A stretch of 63,967 nucleotides of DNA, counting the filler. It is 6 parts of 6 records of this genome, joined end to end, with 100 filler letters (N's around TTAATTAATTAA, not from the genome) between each part and the next. Parts side by side here need not be neighbours in the genome. Positions count along the whole stretch, not along the records: positions 1 to 25,611 come from SRR31156797_12615; positions 25,712 to 33,479 come from SRR31156797_12639; 4 more parts are not named here. The stretch is one strand, 5' to 3'. Shown in pieces: positions 18,703 to 29,637 of the stretch. The notes under the pieces were generated by a model. That model was not told the origin of the DNA. It worked only from the letters and a program-made list of their open reading frames with translations, and made no database searches. Position 1 is the first letter of the stretch; each line of letters opens with the position of its first letter. The translations under genes were made by a program, and so were the position numbers.

Positions 18703-20721
18703 ATGGGATGGAAAGACTGCAAGCTCTGCATCAAATTTGGAATCGGCTTTGGTTCCGTATTGCTCTTGCTCATTGGCCTTGGGCTATGGTCAACATTTGG
18801 CATTGAAGGAATTGTTGGCAATGCAAAAGAAGTCATTTCCGGCAACCAATTACGTGGCAACTTCACGCAAAAAATAGTCGACCATCTCAAGTGGGCTGAA
18901 AAAGTCAACGAACTGTTGACCGACTCACACATCCACACTCTCAATGTTCAAACTGATCCCAAACAATGCGCTTTCGGTAAATGGTACTATAGCGATGCCC
19001 GTATCGCGGCCGAAAAGTTAGTCCCAGGCATCAAACCTCTGTTGGCCGAAATCGAAAAACACCATAACGAATTACACACCTCTGCCATTGAAATCAGCAA
19101 GAAGTATGCTCCGGCGGACATTGGACTTGGGGCCTTTCTCCGTGACAAGAAACTTGACCATCTGGTTTGGCTTGGGGAAATAAAGGATACACTCCTTAAC
19201 CCTCAATCAACCACAACAGGTGTTCAAGCCGATCCTCACAAATGCAAACTCGGCATATGGCTCTACTCGGCTGAAACGCAAAAAAAAATGCAAGCCGATC
19301 CTGAATTTGCGACCGCTGTCAAAGGCATATATGAACCACATGCCGCACTCCACGAATCTGCCAACGATATCAACAGTTTTTTGGCATCCGGTGAACGAGA
19401 AAAAGCCCAGTCATGGTTCCGCCAAATTACAGCTGGACTTGCCGTCGAGACACTGACAGCCATAGACTCGGTTATTACGCTCAACGATAATCGTATAAAA
19501 GGATATGAAGAGGCAAAAGCAATTTACACAACGAAGACTTTGCCAGCCCTCAATGCCGTACAAAACATCCTCAATCAAAGCACAGATGTTATCGCCAAAA
19601 ATATCATGACTGATAGCGAGATGCTCAAAGCCGCAAGCGACACAAAAATCGGGGTCATGATCTTCAGCATCATCTCCATACTGATCGGTATTGTACTCGC
19701 ATGGATCATTGCCAGGGGCATCATTATCCCTCTCCAAAAGGGCATGGATTTCGCCACTACGGTTTCTACAGGCGACCTGACAGCCTCTGTAGATTTGAAT
19801 CAAAAAGATGAAGTAGGACAATTGGCCAATTCGCTGTCGGAAATGGCGGATAAGCTGAATGGAGTTGTGGGCGAGGTCAACCAATCCACTGAAAGCGTCT
19901 CTGCCGGAAGTGAACAACTGTCGGCATCGGCACAATCACTCTCGCAGTCTGTGGTTGAACAGGCCGCTTCCATTGAATCCATTTCAGCCTCCATAGAAGA
20001 AATGAGTTCCGGCATCCGTTCAAACACTGAAAGTGCCCAACAGACCGAAGGTATCGCAGTCAAAGCGTCCGAAGGGGCCAAAGAGAGCGGTGAGGCTGTT
20101 GGAGAAGCCTTGGATGCCTTTAAATCCATTGCCGAACGCATCACCATCATTCAGGAAATAGCTCGTCAAACCAACCTTCTGGCATTGAACGCTGCCATTG
20201 AAGCAGCACGCGCCGGAGAACATGGCAAAGGCTTTGCCGTAGTCGCTGCCGAAGTACGCAAGCTGGCCGAGCGCAGTGGACAGGCTGCAGAGGAAATCAG
20301 CGGGCTCTCCGAATCATCCATGGGTGTTGCTGACCGGGCAAGCCAAATGCTGGAAGAATTGGTCCCTGAAATAGGTAAAACCGCCGAACTGGTGCAGGAA
20401 ATCGCTTCAAGCTGCATTGAACAGGACAAGGGCATCACTGAAATCAGTTCTTCCGTCGGACAACTCGATCAGGTCGTTCAAGGAAATGCTTCTGCGTCGG
20501 AAGAAATGGCCTCCACATCGGAAGAACTCGCCGCACAAGCGGAAAACCTTGCTCAGGCAATGACCTTCTTCAAGGTCCAAAACGGCAACGGTGGCATGAG
20601 CAACGCCAGAGTTGTGGTCACCACCCCGCACCAGGCCCTTCCCTCCGCACAGCCTCAGACAACAAATCAGGACAAAGGCTTCTCCATGAATATGGATGAT
20701 CAGGATTACGAAAAATTCTAG
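18703..20721 (+). CDS. MCP with two CZB domains between TM1 and TM2
   Basis: DHLKW...CAFGKW...HNELH and DHLVW...CKLGIW...HAALH, followed by HAMP, MCP signalling domain and a DYEKF tail. Confidence 0.93.
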   Translation: MGWKDCKLCIKFGIGFGSVLLLLIGLGLWSTFGIEGIVGNAKEVISGNQLRGNFTQKIVDHLKWAEKVNELLTDSHIHTLNVQTDPKQCAFGKWYYSDARIAAEKLVPGIKPLLAEIEKHHNELHTSAIEISKKYAPADIGLGAFLRDKKLDHLVWLGEIKDTLLNPQSTTTGVQADPHKCKLGIWLYSAETQKKMQADPEFATAVKGIYEPHAALHESANDINSFLASGEREKAQSWFRQITAGLAVETLTAIDSVITLNDNRIKGYEEAKAIYTTKTLPALNAVQNILNQSTDVIAKNIMTDSEMLKAASDTKIGVMIFSIISILIGIVLAWIIARGIIIPLQKGMDFATTVSTGDLTASVDLNQKDEVGQLANSLSEMADKLNGVVGEVNQSTESVSAGSEQLSASAQSLSQSVVEQAASIESISASIEEMSSGIRSNTESAQQTEGIAVKASEGAKESGEAVGEALDAFKSIAERITIIQEIARQTNLLALNAAIEAARAGEHGKGFAVVAAEVRKLAERSGQAAEEISGLSESSMGVADRASQMLEELVPEIGKTAELVQEIASSCIEQDKGITEISSSVGQLDQVVQGNASASEEMASTSEELAAQAENLAQAMTFFKVQNGNGGMSNARVVVTTPHQALPSAQPQTTNQDKGFSMNMDDQDYEKF

Positions 20722-20740
20722 CTTCCCTTCCCCAAATAGC

Positions 20741-20771
20741 ACAGGGGCATCCGAAAGTCGGATGCCCCTGT
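20741..20771. terminator. Terminator hairpin
   Basis: ACAGGGGCATCCGA / TCGGATGCCCCTGT inverted repeat between convergent genes. Confidence 0.7.
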
Positions 20772-20852
20772 CGTTTATTCAATGTATCAAAATTCTCAAT
20801 ATATCGTAAAAGAACGCACTACCAACACGGAACGCATTCCCCTTAAAGGTGA

Positions 20853-21650
20853 CTATTTTCTGAGCCGTACCCAATCTTTAAGGCCGTACTTAATCAACAG
20901 ATGATTGAGTTGTCCGGTCTTGCGCATAAGAGATATCCCTTTGTCGAGAGCGGCTCCAAGCGCTTTTGAACGCCCCGGCTGAGCAGGAGACAAAGCGAAG
21001 TACAGATGTTTTTCATCCGTATCAGTGAAACACCCGGCAAGACGCACTTCTTTTTCCAATCCAAGCGTCTTCACATAATATTCAACAACAGCCTTGTTGC
21101 CAGGCATAACTTGAATCCTGTCATCCTTGAGCATCCCAAGAAGCCGAACAATAGGTTCGTCGCCATGCATGATATGAAATTGTTGCGGTGAAAGCCTGAG
21201 TCTTTCAAGAACCCAGTCCCTATAAATATACCCTTTCACCAACCCTATCCTGACATCTGCAAGAGATTCGGGACCAGAGAACTTCCAATCCGGTCGATTT
21301 GTATAAAAACACATCAAATCCCTACCAAGTGTCTCCTTGGGGAAAATATACTTTGAATCATTACTCTTTAGGGAACCAATCAAGATATCGGCTTTTCCGG
21401 CCAGCACATCCTCAATAGCCCGTTTCCACGGCATTTCCCGATACTCAACACGGTGGCCCATCGGTTCAAAAATCGCACGAAGAATCTCAACCGCATACCC
21501 TTCATCATTGGTCCCGGCCCGACCATTGTAAGGCATCCATCTGTCGGCAACCGCGACAATAGTCTCCTGCGCCAAGGCCGGAACATAGCCCGCCGTCAAA
21601 ACAAGAATACACAGTAATATGCCGTTAATTTTCTGAAGCATGGCGCGCAC
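20853..21650 (-). CDS. Family 3 periplasmic substrate-binding protein
   Basis: Signal peptide, W.PY, GY.VEIL and MPWKRA. Confidence 0.85.
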   Translation of the reverse strand: MRAMLQKINGILLCILVLTAGYVPALAQETIVAVADRWMPYNGRAGTNDEGYAVEILRAIFEPMGHRVEYREMPWKRAIEDVLAGKADILIGSLKSNDSKYIFPKETLGRDLMCFYTNRPDWKFSGPESLADVRIGLVKGYIYRDWVLERLRLSPQQFHIMHGDEPIVRLLGMLKDDRIQVMPGNKAVVEYYVKTLGLEKEVRLAGCFTDTDEKHLYFALSPAQPGRSKALGAALDKGISLMRKTGQLNHLLIKYGLKDWVRLRK

Positions 21651-21721
21651 AGTAACAAACCATCAAGTTTAGCACAAATCCTGTATTTCCGAATCGATAG
21701 ACATTCCTAATCACTCTTCGT

Positions 21722-22141
21722 CTACTTCACGACGAGCACTGGTCTATTGGTGGTCTGCAATACCTTGTGCGTAACCGATCCGAGAAATAATCCTTCAAGA
21801 TCCGACTTACCCTTGGAGCCAATCACTATGAGGTCACACTTTTCCACGTCGGCGACATTGGCAACGACTTCAGCGACATCACCGCCGACAATCAATTCAA
21901 TAAAATCTGCGTTCGCGTTGGATAAAATAGCTCGATAGTGGGTCATGACCTCTTCCGCACCTTTGGTCAGATGCTCAAGCAAATCGTTGGCATTGGGTTG
22001 TCCCAATCCAACAGGTACAGCTCTTCGGACATGCAGTAAAACAATAGAGGCATTGTCGCCTGCCAAATCAATCGCCATGTCAGCAGCAGCATCCGACAAA
22101 CGGGAACCGTCAACAGGAAGAAGGATACGAGTAATTTTCAT
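21722..22141 (-). CDS. Universal stress protein
   Basis: ILLPVDGS and DLIVIGSKG...LGSVTHKVL. Confidence 0.92.
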   Translation of the reverse strand: MKITRILLPVDGSRLSDAAADMAIDLAGDNASIVLLHVRRAVPVGLGQPNANDLLEHLTKGAEEVMTHYRAILSNANADFIELIVGGDVAEVVANVADVEKCDLIVIGSKGKSDLEGLFLGSVTHKVLQTTNRPVLVVK

Positions 22142-22263
22142 AGCTCTACTCCTTGGTTTCGATGAAAACACCTCTCCAAACGGAGGGCTATTTTCAGTAT
22201 ACCCGAAGAAGCGGCTTCATGCCAATGAGAGTCTATAAGAAAAAGAAAAGTCCACCGTCACAA

Positions 22264-23670
22264 CTACATGGCGGTGTTCCGTTTGGTCAGAACGTCAGCC
22301 ATGGCCTTGTAGGCAGCGTAATATATCTGAACATGAGCGACATAATCCGGAGTTTCGTGGCCGATAATGTCATACGCCGCCCACTCGACGTTCCCGAACC
22401 AGAGATTTGGGTCAAACCCCTTCTCCGCAGTCTTTGTACGCAAACTTCGAACTCGCGCAGGGCCGGCGTTATAGGCGGCCAATGCAAAGTCCACACGATG
22501 TTCAGGGTCCACATCCTTGAAGTAACGTTCACACAAGAAGTGAAGATATTTAACCCCGGCATGGATGTTGTTTCCCAACTTCTCAATATTCTTGATGTTC
22601 ACATTAGGGTCACTGGCCGTGGAAGGTTTGATCTGCATGACTCCCACCGCGCCTCTGTTGCTCTTCAAATCCTGATTAAAACCGGACTCCTGAAATGCCA
22701 ATGCAGCAATTTTCAACCAGTCAAAACCATACTGTTCTGCATATTTTTGAAATAATTTCGCCATGGGCTGTAATCGCCCGTCAGCCAACGGATTTCTGAA
22801 ATTAAGCACATGATCTTCATTCACGAAATACCGCTTATAGAACATATTTCCTTTAAGCGTTCCCTGACGCACCGTTCGGGAAAAATCATCAAGACTCTCC
22901 TTGAATTCAGTATTTCCTGGCCGAACAGCCCACGCCAATTCTCCACCTGAATGAATGACGACATCATTAAAAAGCCGCAACCCACGCATATTCTTCTTCC
23001 AGACCTCGGCTAACTGATTCTCGGCCACCGCATACCCAATGAGACCACGTGCCACCATTTCCAAAAGATCTTCAGTGACTAGATTGGGATCTGCCTCAAT
23101 TACATCCACGGGGGCAAGTCCACGTGCCTTCAAAGAATTGCTCACAGCCTTCAAATGCTCGACATAACTACTACCAGCCATGACATGCACTCTTTTTCCT
23201 GCCAGATTATCCAAATTCGACAGCACTCGACTTCGATGACCTCCAACAACAATTTCCTTGATGTCTTTTCGGTAAGGCAATGAAAATGCCACACTCTTTT
23301 TTCGCTCTTTGGTCACGGTCAGACCAGCAGCCACAACATCACCTCGTCCGTCCAACAAGGCAGAAATCAACTGGTCAAAAGGAACAGCCAAAAAAACAAT
23401 TCGTATTTTTTTACCGGGATTGCTTCTGGACAAATACCGTTCGTACGCATTCATGAGGTCTACTTCCAGACCACGCATAACACCTTTTGAAAGGAAAAAA
23501 TTAGTTTGATTGTACGAGACAAGGACTCGAACAGGTCGCCCCTGCTTGATCATCTCTGACAAATCACCTGTCCAGTGACGAGAAACGCGCTCCAAACTTG
23601 TGGGCGCAGCCAAAGCCACACTCCCCAAACAGAACACAAGGACTATCACAAAGACCGATCTACGCATCAA
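22264..23670 (-). CDS. MltF-like SBP plus lytic transglycosylase
   Basis: Family 3 SBP N-terminus, then QESG, GVMQI and ALAAYNAG. Confidence 0.9.
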   Translation of the reverse strand: MMRRSVFVIVLVFCLGSVALAAPTSLERVSRHWTGDLSEMIKQGRPVRVLVSYNQTNFFLSKGVMRGLEVDLMNAYERYLSRSNPGKKIRIVFLAVPFDQLISALLDGRGDVVAAGLTVTKERKKSVAFSLPYRKDIKEIVVGGHRSRVLSNLDNLAGKRVHVMAGSSYVEHLKAVSNSLKARGLAPVDVIEADPNLVTEDLLEMVARGLIGYAVAENQLAEVWKKNMRGLRLFNDVVIHSGGELAWAVRPGNTEFKESLDDFSRTVRQGTLKGNMFYKRYFVNEDHVLNFRNPLADGRLQPMAKLFQKYAEQYGFDWLKIAALAFQESGFNQDLKSNRGAVGVMQIKPSTASDPNVNIKNIEKLGNNIHAGVKYLHFLCERYFKDVDPEHRVDFALAAYNAGPARVRSLRTKTAEKGFDPNLWFGNVEWAAYDIIGHETPDYVAHVQIYYAAYKAMADVLTKRNTAM

Positions 23671-25304
23671 TTCTCCTTGCTGTATTTGACGATAACGAGA
23701 GTTATGTCGTCTTCTGCCTTGGCCCCTTCAGTGAAAGCGTAAACGGCTTCAAAAACACTATCCAGAATTTCCTGGGCAGACTGATCTGCATGGGCACGCA
23801 CCGCTTCCTTGAAACGGGCCTTGCCAAACATCTCCCCTTCCCTGTTTCGGGACTCCCAAATACCATCGGTACCGATGGCGATTATCTGCCCGAAAAGCAG
23901 GTCGTTGGCCTGCTCACTATATAAGGATTCATGCGTCACCCCCAACGGTAATCCGGCGTCCGCGCCCAACTCCGTAAACACGTCATGAATCGGACAATAA
24001 ATCATAGCTGGGTCATGGCCAGCACGGACCCATCGAGCTATTTTATCTTCCGTATCCAGCGTGAGATAAAAAAGTGTCATGAACCGACCGGAACCATCCA
24101 GATCCTCGGCAAGATGACGGTTCATCTCGGTCACGACCTGAACAGGTGTGCCGGGCTGGGATGCTCGCATACGCAAAAAACCCCGCGCCGTGGTCATAAG
24201 CAGGGCCGCATCAACTCCGTGACCGGAAATATCTCCCACAGCCACAGTCAAGCCAGGATGATCGATATCCAGACTTTCCAGATAGTCGAAATAATCACCA
24301 CCTGCGACTTCACTGGCAACACTGGAACCGGCCACATCAAGGCCCGGAATATTGGGAGCTTTCTTTGGTAGCAGACTCTTTTGTACTTCTCCTGCCAACT
24401 CCACTGCTTTTTTCTGTTCGGTCAAATCTGCCACAAAAGCCACATGACCAAGAAATTCCCCCTCCGCCGTCCGCAATGTATTGGCATTGACTAATACAGG
24501 CACCACATGGCCGTCCTTATGCACCATACTCCCTTCAAAACGACGGTGGTCCTGTTTAAGAAAATGCTCTTTGTTACTTTCAAGAAAACGCTGATATTCA
24601 AGGGTAGCGAAATCATGGGGACGTCTGCCCATCAACTCCTCACGCTCATAGCCGATCATCCTACAATAGGCATCATTGACTTCCTTGATGGTCAAATCTC
24701 CGCCCATAAAAAAATACCCCTCACCAGCTCCTTCAATCGTCCGCCGAAACTTGGATTCACTGGCGGTCAAGGCTTCCTCCACCTGCTTGCGGCGGGTGAT
24801 ATCCATGAGCACACCCTGATTGAAAATCCGGTTGCCGTCCTCATCGCGTACGATGGACGTTTCATCGGAAACCCAACGAGTGTCGCCATCTGCCGTCTTA
24901 ATACGATATTCCTGCGCATATTCTTCGACATCAAGGTCTTGATACCGCATAATTTCATCGTGAAGACGTTGACTATCGTCCGGGTGGCCGATTTCCTCAA
25001 AAGTAATCTTGCCACTCAAAAAATCTTTGGCTGAATAGCCCCACTGGCTGACATTCTCAGACACATATACGAGGGCATACGTATCGTCGGCCTTACGCCG
25101 AAAAAGCACTGCCGGAGAATTTTCAACGATCAGATTGGCAAGTCCCAATTTCTCCCGGGCTTCCCGTAACTGGTCTACCTCGGCACACGCGCCCTTCCTG
25201 CCCGCTCTATATTCCTCCAGCTCGTCTTCACATTCAGCTTGACGCGCTCTGAGGTCTTCCAATTCATCCAAAAGGATTTTCATGGATACACCATCATCAA
25301 CCAT
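23667..25304 (-). CDS. PAS-PAS-SpoIIE (PP2C) phosphatase
   Basis: Two PAS domains, GGDYFD, GDISGHG, TDG and DDIT. The start could be 25304 or 25334. Confidence 0.9.
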   Translation of the reverse strand: MVDDGVSMKILLDELEDLRARQAECEDELEEYRAGRKGACAEVDQLREAREKLGLANLIVENSPAVLFRRKADDTYALVYVSENVSQWGYSAKDFLSGKITFEEIGHPDDSQRLHDEIMRYQDLDVEEYAQEYRIKTADGDTRWVSDETSIVRDEDGNRIFNQGVLMDITRRKQVEEALTASESKFRRTIEGAGEGYFFMGGDLTIKEVNDAYCRMIGYEREELMGRRPHDFATLEYQRFLESNKEHFLKQDHRRFEGSMVHKDGHVVPVLVNANTLRTAEGEFLGHVAFVADLTEQKKAVELAGEVQKSLLPKKAPNIPGLDVAGSSVASEVAGGDYFDYLESLDIDHPGLTVAVGDISGHGVDAALLMTTARGFLRMRASQPGTPVQVVTEMNRHLAEDLDGSGRFMTLFYLTLDTEDKIARWVRAGHDPAMIYCPIHDVFTELGADAGLPLGVTHESLYSEQANDLLFGQIIAIGTDGIWESRNREGEMFGKARFKEAVRAHADQSAQEILDSVFEAVYAFTEGAKAEDDITLVIVKYSKEN

Positions 25305-25409
25305 ATTTCCCCCAACATTAATCAACGATTCCATGCGGCACTTCTTGACCCATATCTAGCCTTTTTTTACAGGCGTGAGCCACTCTTTTCAATAAGTTCA
25401 ATTTTTGTA

Positions 25410-25449
25410 TTGACAACATCCATCTTTTTAGGAATGATTCTAATTATCA
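25410..25449 (+). promoter_or_regulatory. Sigma70-like promoter overlapped by a Fur-box-like site
   Basis: TTGACA (25410-25415), 17-nt spacer, AATGAT. TGATTCT-A-ATTATCA (25435-25449) matches 12/14 positions of the 7-1-7 Fur box. Confidence 0.55.
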
Positions 25450-25577
25450 ACAAAGGCAAGTAAATCCCAAGCGATTCCCCAACTGTCGCTAGAGAAAGAT
25501 ACAGACACACCTTCCCAAACCTCCTGTCACCTCCTGATCCCCCGGTCTCATGCCCCCGAGACCGGGGGTTCTGTTTC
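25446..25577 (+). ncRNA. Candidate C-rich small RNA
   Basis: Lies between that promoter and an 11-bp GC stem (25539-25568) with a T-rich tail. No plausible ORF. It carries CCUCCUG twice and C-rich loops. Confidence 0.5.
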
Positions 25578-25583
25578 ATGAGT

Positions 25584-25611
25584 CGGCTTGCGATAGCGGC
25601 GCATCTGCGTC
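25584..25611. repeat. Truncated second copy of the 16867-16977 element at contig end
   Basis: 27/28 identical to the reverse complement of 16950-16977. Confidence 0.8.
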
Positions 25612-25711
25612 NNNNNNNNNNNNNNNNNNNNNNNNNNNNNNNNNNNNNNNNNNNNTTAATTAATTAANNNNNNNNNNNNNNNNNNNNNNNNNNNNNNNNN
25701 NNNNNNNNNNN
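25612..25711. other. Artificial contig spacer
   Basis: N-run, TTAATTAATTAA, N-run. Confidence 0.99.
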
Positions 25712-26376
25712 CCCGGATGCCTTCTGGTTTCCATAACCATTTTCGCCGAGCCGAGAACGGTCTGGGAGGCCATCACATAGGCCTTGTCCCTGGGAAGGCC
25801 CTCCCTGACGGCGGCGTCGGCCATGGCCTCGATAAACATATAGACATAGGCCGGACCCGATCCGCAGAGGCCGGTAAAGGCGTCGAACTGGGCTTCATCC
25901 AGCAGCTCCGCCCGTCCCACGGCGGCGATCAGAGACAAAACCTTTTTCATCTCCGAGCTCGTTACCGTATCGCCCGGACATACGGCGATCATCCCTTCTC
26001 CCACCAATGCGGGGGTATTGGGCATGGTGCGGACCAGTTTGATCTCCCGGCCGAAGAGCTCGCGCACCTGGGCCCGGGTCTTCCCGGCGGCAATGGTAAC
26101 GATCACCGTTTCGGGCCTGACCTTCTCCCGTATCTGCAGGATGACGGGTTCGTAGATATGGGGTTTCACCGAAAGGACCAGAAAATCCAGGCGCTCCAGA
26201 AAGGCGAGGTTGTCCGTGCTGATCGACACGGCCGGGTAGCTGTCTGAGAGTCTCTTCAAAGCGGCGTCTGAAGCGTCCGTAAGAAAGAGTTCCTCCTCCT
26301 TAAGCATCCCCGTGCCGATAAGTCCTCCCATAAAGGCGGAGGCCATGTTTCCTGCTCCTATAAATCCTACATTCAT
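25712..26376 (-). CDS. proC: Pyrroline-5-carboxylate reductase, 3' truncated
   Basis: GFIGAGNMA, VKP, RTMPNTP and GSGPAYVY. Confidence 0.93.
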
Positions 26377-26580
26377 TATTGCTTCCCGTTGTTTGAATAT
26401 TTCTTTGCTTGAAAACAAGTATACATTGCCCTGAGCGGGCTTTCAATGAAATGAGGAAAAGAAGGCTCCCCGGAGGCCTGAGCGCCCGGGGAGAGGGGGG
26501 CAGCCCCGATCATCATCGCTTCCGACCGGGCCCGCAAGGAGAATGCGGCCGCCGACGGCGGCCTGGTTTATGAAGGATTA

Positions 26581-27915
26581 CTATGAAAAGATATACTGGT
26601 TGACGATGTTCTCGTAGAGTTCCTGCTTGCCGCTGACCACGGCGGGTTCGCCGTTGGCATGAGCCAGTTTGACAAGCTCTTCCAGATCCAGCCGGCCTTC
26701 TTCGAACTCCTTGCCTTTGCCCGCATCATAGGAGCTGTAGCGCTCGGCCTTCATCCTGTCCAGCCTGCCGTCCTCCTGCATCTTCGCGGCGATCTCAAGG
26801 CCCAGGGCGAAGACGTCCATTCCGCCGATATGGGCGATGAACAGGTCCTCCAAGTCTGTGGAGTTTCTTCTGATCTTGGCGTCGAAATTCAGGCCTCCGG
26901 TCTTGAATCCGCCCATGCCCAGAATGGTCCTCATGGCTTCCACTGTCTCATAGACGCTGTTGGGGAACTGGTCCGTATCCCAGCCGTTCTGCATATCACC
27001 GCGGTTGGCGTCCACGCTTCCCAGCAGTCCGTACTCGGCGGCGACCTGAAGATCGTGCTCGAAGGCGTGTCCGGCCAGGGTGGCGTGATTGGCTTCGATA
27101 TTACAGGCGAAATCTTTCTCCAGGCCGTAGGCCCTGATGAAGTTGATTACCGTTTCCGCATCGTAGTCGTACTGGTGCTTGGTGGGCTCCATGGGCTTGG
27201 GCTCGATATAGAATTTACCCTTGAAGCCGATCTTCCGTCCGTAGTCGCGGGCCAGGATAAGGAATCTGGCCAGGTGCTCTTTCTCCCTCTTCATATCCGT
27301 GTTGAACAGGGACATATAGCCTTCCCGGCCGCCCCAGAAGGTGTAGCCTTCGCCGCCGAGTTCCACATTGGACTCCAGGCAGGCCTTGACCTGTGCCGCC
27401 GCACGGGCCAGAACGTTAAAGTCGGGATTGGTAGAGGCGCCGTTCATATAACGGGGATTGGAGAACACATTGGCCGTGTTCCACAGCAGCTTGACGCCCG
27501 TGGCGTCCTGACGCTCCTTGAGCATCTTCGTCACGGCCTGCAGATTGCTTTCGTACTCGCTCAGGCTGTCGCCTTCGGGGGAGGCGTCCACGTCATGGAA
27601 GCAGTAGTAGGGGGCGCCCAGCTTGGAGATGAATTCGAAGGCGGCGTCGGCCTTGTTCCTGGCCCTATCCAGGCCTTCGCCGACCGCCCAGGGATGGATC
27701 AATGTGGCATTGCCGAAGGGATCTCCTCCGTCGGCGCAGAAGCTGTGCCAGTAGGCGATGCCGAAGCGCAGATGCTCCTTCATGGTCTTGCCCAGAACCT
27801 TCTTGTTCTCATCGTAAAACTTAAAGGCCAGGGGATTGTCCGACCCCTTTCCCTCGAACGGGATCTTTCCTATGCCCTTGAAATACTCTTTATCACCGAT
27901 AAACAACTGACTCAT
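26581..27915 (-). CDS. xylA: Xylose isomerase, class II
   Basis: [32 protein letters not shown] and GWDTDQF. Confidence 0.97.
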   Translation of the reverse strand: MSQLFIGDKEYFKGIGKIPFEGKGSDNPLAFKFYDENKKVLGKTMKEHLRFGIAYWHSFCADGGDPFGNATLIHPWAVGEGLDRARNKADAAFEFISKLGAPYYCFHDVDASPEGDSLSEYESNLQAVTKMLKERQDATGVKLLWNTANVFSNPRYMNGASTNPDFNVLARAAAQVKACLESNVELGGEGYTFWGGREGYMSLFNTDMKREKEHLARFLILARDYGRKIGFKGKFYIEPKPMEPTKHQYDYDAETVINFIRAYGLEKDFACNIEANHATLAGHAFEHDLQVAAEYGLLGSVDANRGDMQNGWDTDQFPNSVYETVEAMRTILGMGGFKTGGLNFDAKIRRNSTDLEDLFIAHIGGMDVFALGLEIAAKMQEDGRLDRMKAERYSSYDAGKGKEFEEGRLDLEELVKLAHANGEPAVVSGKQELYENIVNQYIFS

Positions 27916-27993
27916 TACATCTATCTCCTTCGTCTTTGTCTTCGTATCAACTATGAAACCGGGAATCCCTGTCTCGGCTTCGGGAATCCATCG

Positions 27994-29493
27994 CTATGCC
28001 TGGGAAAACAGAGGGGTCAGGGCATTCACGTATTTGCTGTACTCCCTATACACCCCTTTGTAGATCTCCACGTTTTCAGGATCGGGAACGCAGCCCCCCT
28101 CGCCGTCCAGGGCCACATGTCTGTCGATCAGCTCTTCCAGGGTCGTATCGCGCCCCTCCAGCTTCTCCAGACACCAGAGGGCCTGCATGGCTCCTCCCAA
28201 GGCCGCGGCCTCCGCCGTAACGGGGATGACCACCGGCAGATCCAGGACATCGGCGGTGATCTGACGCCAGATCTTCGAGTTGGCCCCCCCTCCTATGAGG
28301 CGGACTTCCTTCGCCTCGAATCCCAGCTTCTGGAACGATTCCAGGCCCACCTTCATTCCCAGGATGGCCGACTCCAGAGCGGAGCGGAAGATATTCTCCT
28401 TCTTCACGTTGGAGGCGTTCATACCGACGATACAGCCCCTGCCGTTGGGCAGGTTGGGCGTCCGCTCCCCATTGAAGAAGGGAAGGGTCAGGATACCCTC
28501 AGCTCCGGCGGGGGCGCCGGCTCCCAGTTCGTCGAATTCCCTGACCCCGTACTCGAAGAGGTCGCGCATAAGCTCGGTGGCCACGGTGCAGTTCATGGTG
28601 CAAAGCAGGGGCAGCCAGCCTCCGGAGCTGGAGCAGAAGGCCGCCAGATTCCCGTCGGGATCGACGATGGGCTTATCCGAGTAGCCGTAGAGGGTGCCGC
28701 TGGTTCCCAGGCTCATGGTGAGAACGCCGTCCCGGATGGTTCCGGTTCCCACGGCCCCCATCATATTGTCCCCGCCGCCCGACGAAACGGGTATGCCTTC
28801 GGGGATGCCGAACTGCCGGGCCGCTTCAGGACGGACCCTGCCGGCGGGCTCCCAGGGCTCGATCAGACGGGGCAGGCAGGCCATCAGATCCCGTTCGGGA
28901 TCCAGAGCCCTGACAAGCTCCCTGTGCCAGACCCGTTTCCGGACGTCCATCAGAGCGGTTCCCGAGGCGTCGCCGTACTCCATGACGGCCTCTCCGCTAA
29001 GGTAGTAGTTCAGATAGTCGTGGGGCAGCAGGATACGGGCCATCCGGGCATAGGCCTCGGGATGGTTCTTCCTGAACCAGAGGATCTTGGAGGCCGTGTA
29101 GCCGGGAAGGATGAGGTTGCCCGTATCCTTCAGCAGATCCTCTTCGCCGCCGTAGGCGTCGGTCAGCTCCCGGCACTCCCCGGCGGTCGAGGTATCGCAC
29201 CATAGCTTTACGTCGTTCAGGACCGCCCCCTCCGCATCCACGGGAACGAAACCGTGCTGCTGACCCGAAACGCCGACGGCCAGCGCGGTCTTCCTGATCT
29301 CCGGATCGATCTGCGAAAAGCAGGAGTCCAGGGCCTCAATCCACCAGGAGGCCTTCTGTTCCCGGCGGCCGTCATCCCCGGAGATCAACTCATGAGGGGC
29401 GGAGGCGGAGGCCGCGATCTTTCCGTTTTCAAAATCATAAAAAACGACCTTCGTACTCTGAGTGCCGTTATCAATACCAATAATTGTCTTCAT
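27994..29493 (-). CDS. xylB: Xylulokinase
   Basis: GIDNGTQSTK, SGQQHG, GGGDN, SLGTSGT and GERTP; adjacent to xylA. Confidence 0.93.
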   Translation of the reverse strand: MKTIIGIDNGTQSTKVVFYDFENGKIAASASAPHELISGDDGRREQKASWWIEALDSCFSQIDPEIRKTALAVGVSGQQHGFVPVDAEGAVLNDVKLWCDTSTAGECRELTDAYGGEEDLLKDTGNLILPGYTASKILWFRKNHPEAYARMARILLPHDYLNYYLSGEAVMEYGDASGTALMDVRKRVWHRELVRALDPERDLMACLPRLIEPWEPAGRVRPEAARQFGIPEGIPVSSGGGDNMMGAVGTGTIRDGVLTMSLGTSGTLYGYSDKPIVDPDGNLAAFCSSSGGWLPLLCTMNCTVATELMRDLFEYGVREFDELGAGAPAGAEGILTLPFFNGERTPNLPNGRGCIVGMNASNVKKENIFRSALESAILGMKVGLESFQKLGFEAKEVRLIGGGANSKIWRQITADVLDLPVVIPVTAEAAALGGAMQALWCLEKLEGRDTTLEELIDRHVALDGEGGCVPDPENVEIYKGVYREYSKYVNALTPLFSQA

Positions 29494-29574
29494 AGCGATT
29501 CTCCATGGTCCAGAACCGATCCGACGCCGGCTCCCGATATGCTTCCCAGTATCCGCCCGCCTGAATGAGAAAGG

Positions 29575-29611
29575 AATGGACAGAATTGACAGTTTATACA
29601 TATAATTGACA
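29575..29611. promoter_or_regulatory. Direct repeats in the divergent xylB/AraC promoter
   Basis: AATTGACA at 29584 and 29604 (20-bp period) plus AATGGACA at 29575. Confidence 0.5.
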
Positions 29612-29637
29612 TCTATATGGCTTTCCAGGAGGATTTA

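Noticed and set aside
14920-20280. Near-identical DNA shared by the two MCP genes (about 14920-15040 and 20160-20280)
   Set aside because: This is the universally conserved MCP hairpin-tip region, ordinary paralogy.
26659-29205. 848-aa ORF on the + strand
   Set aside because: Antisense shadow of xylA/xylB in GC-rich DNA, with no recognisable motifs.
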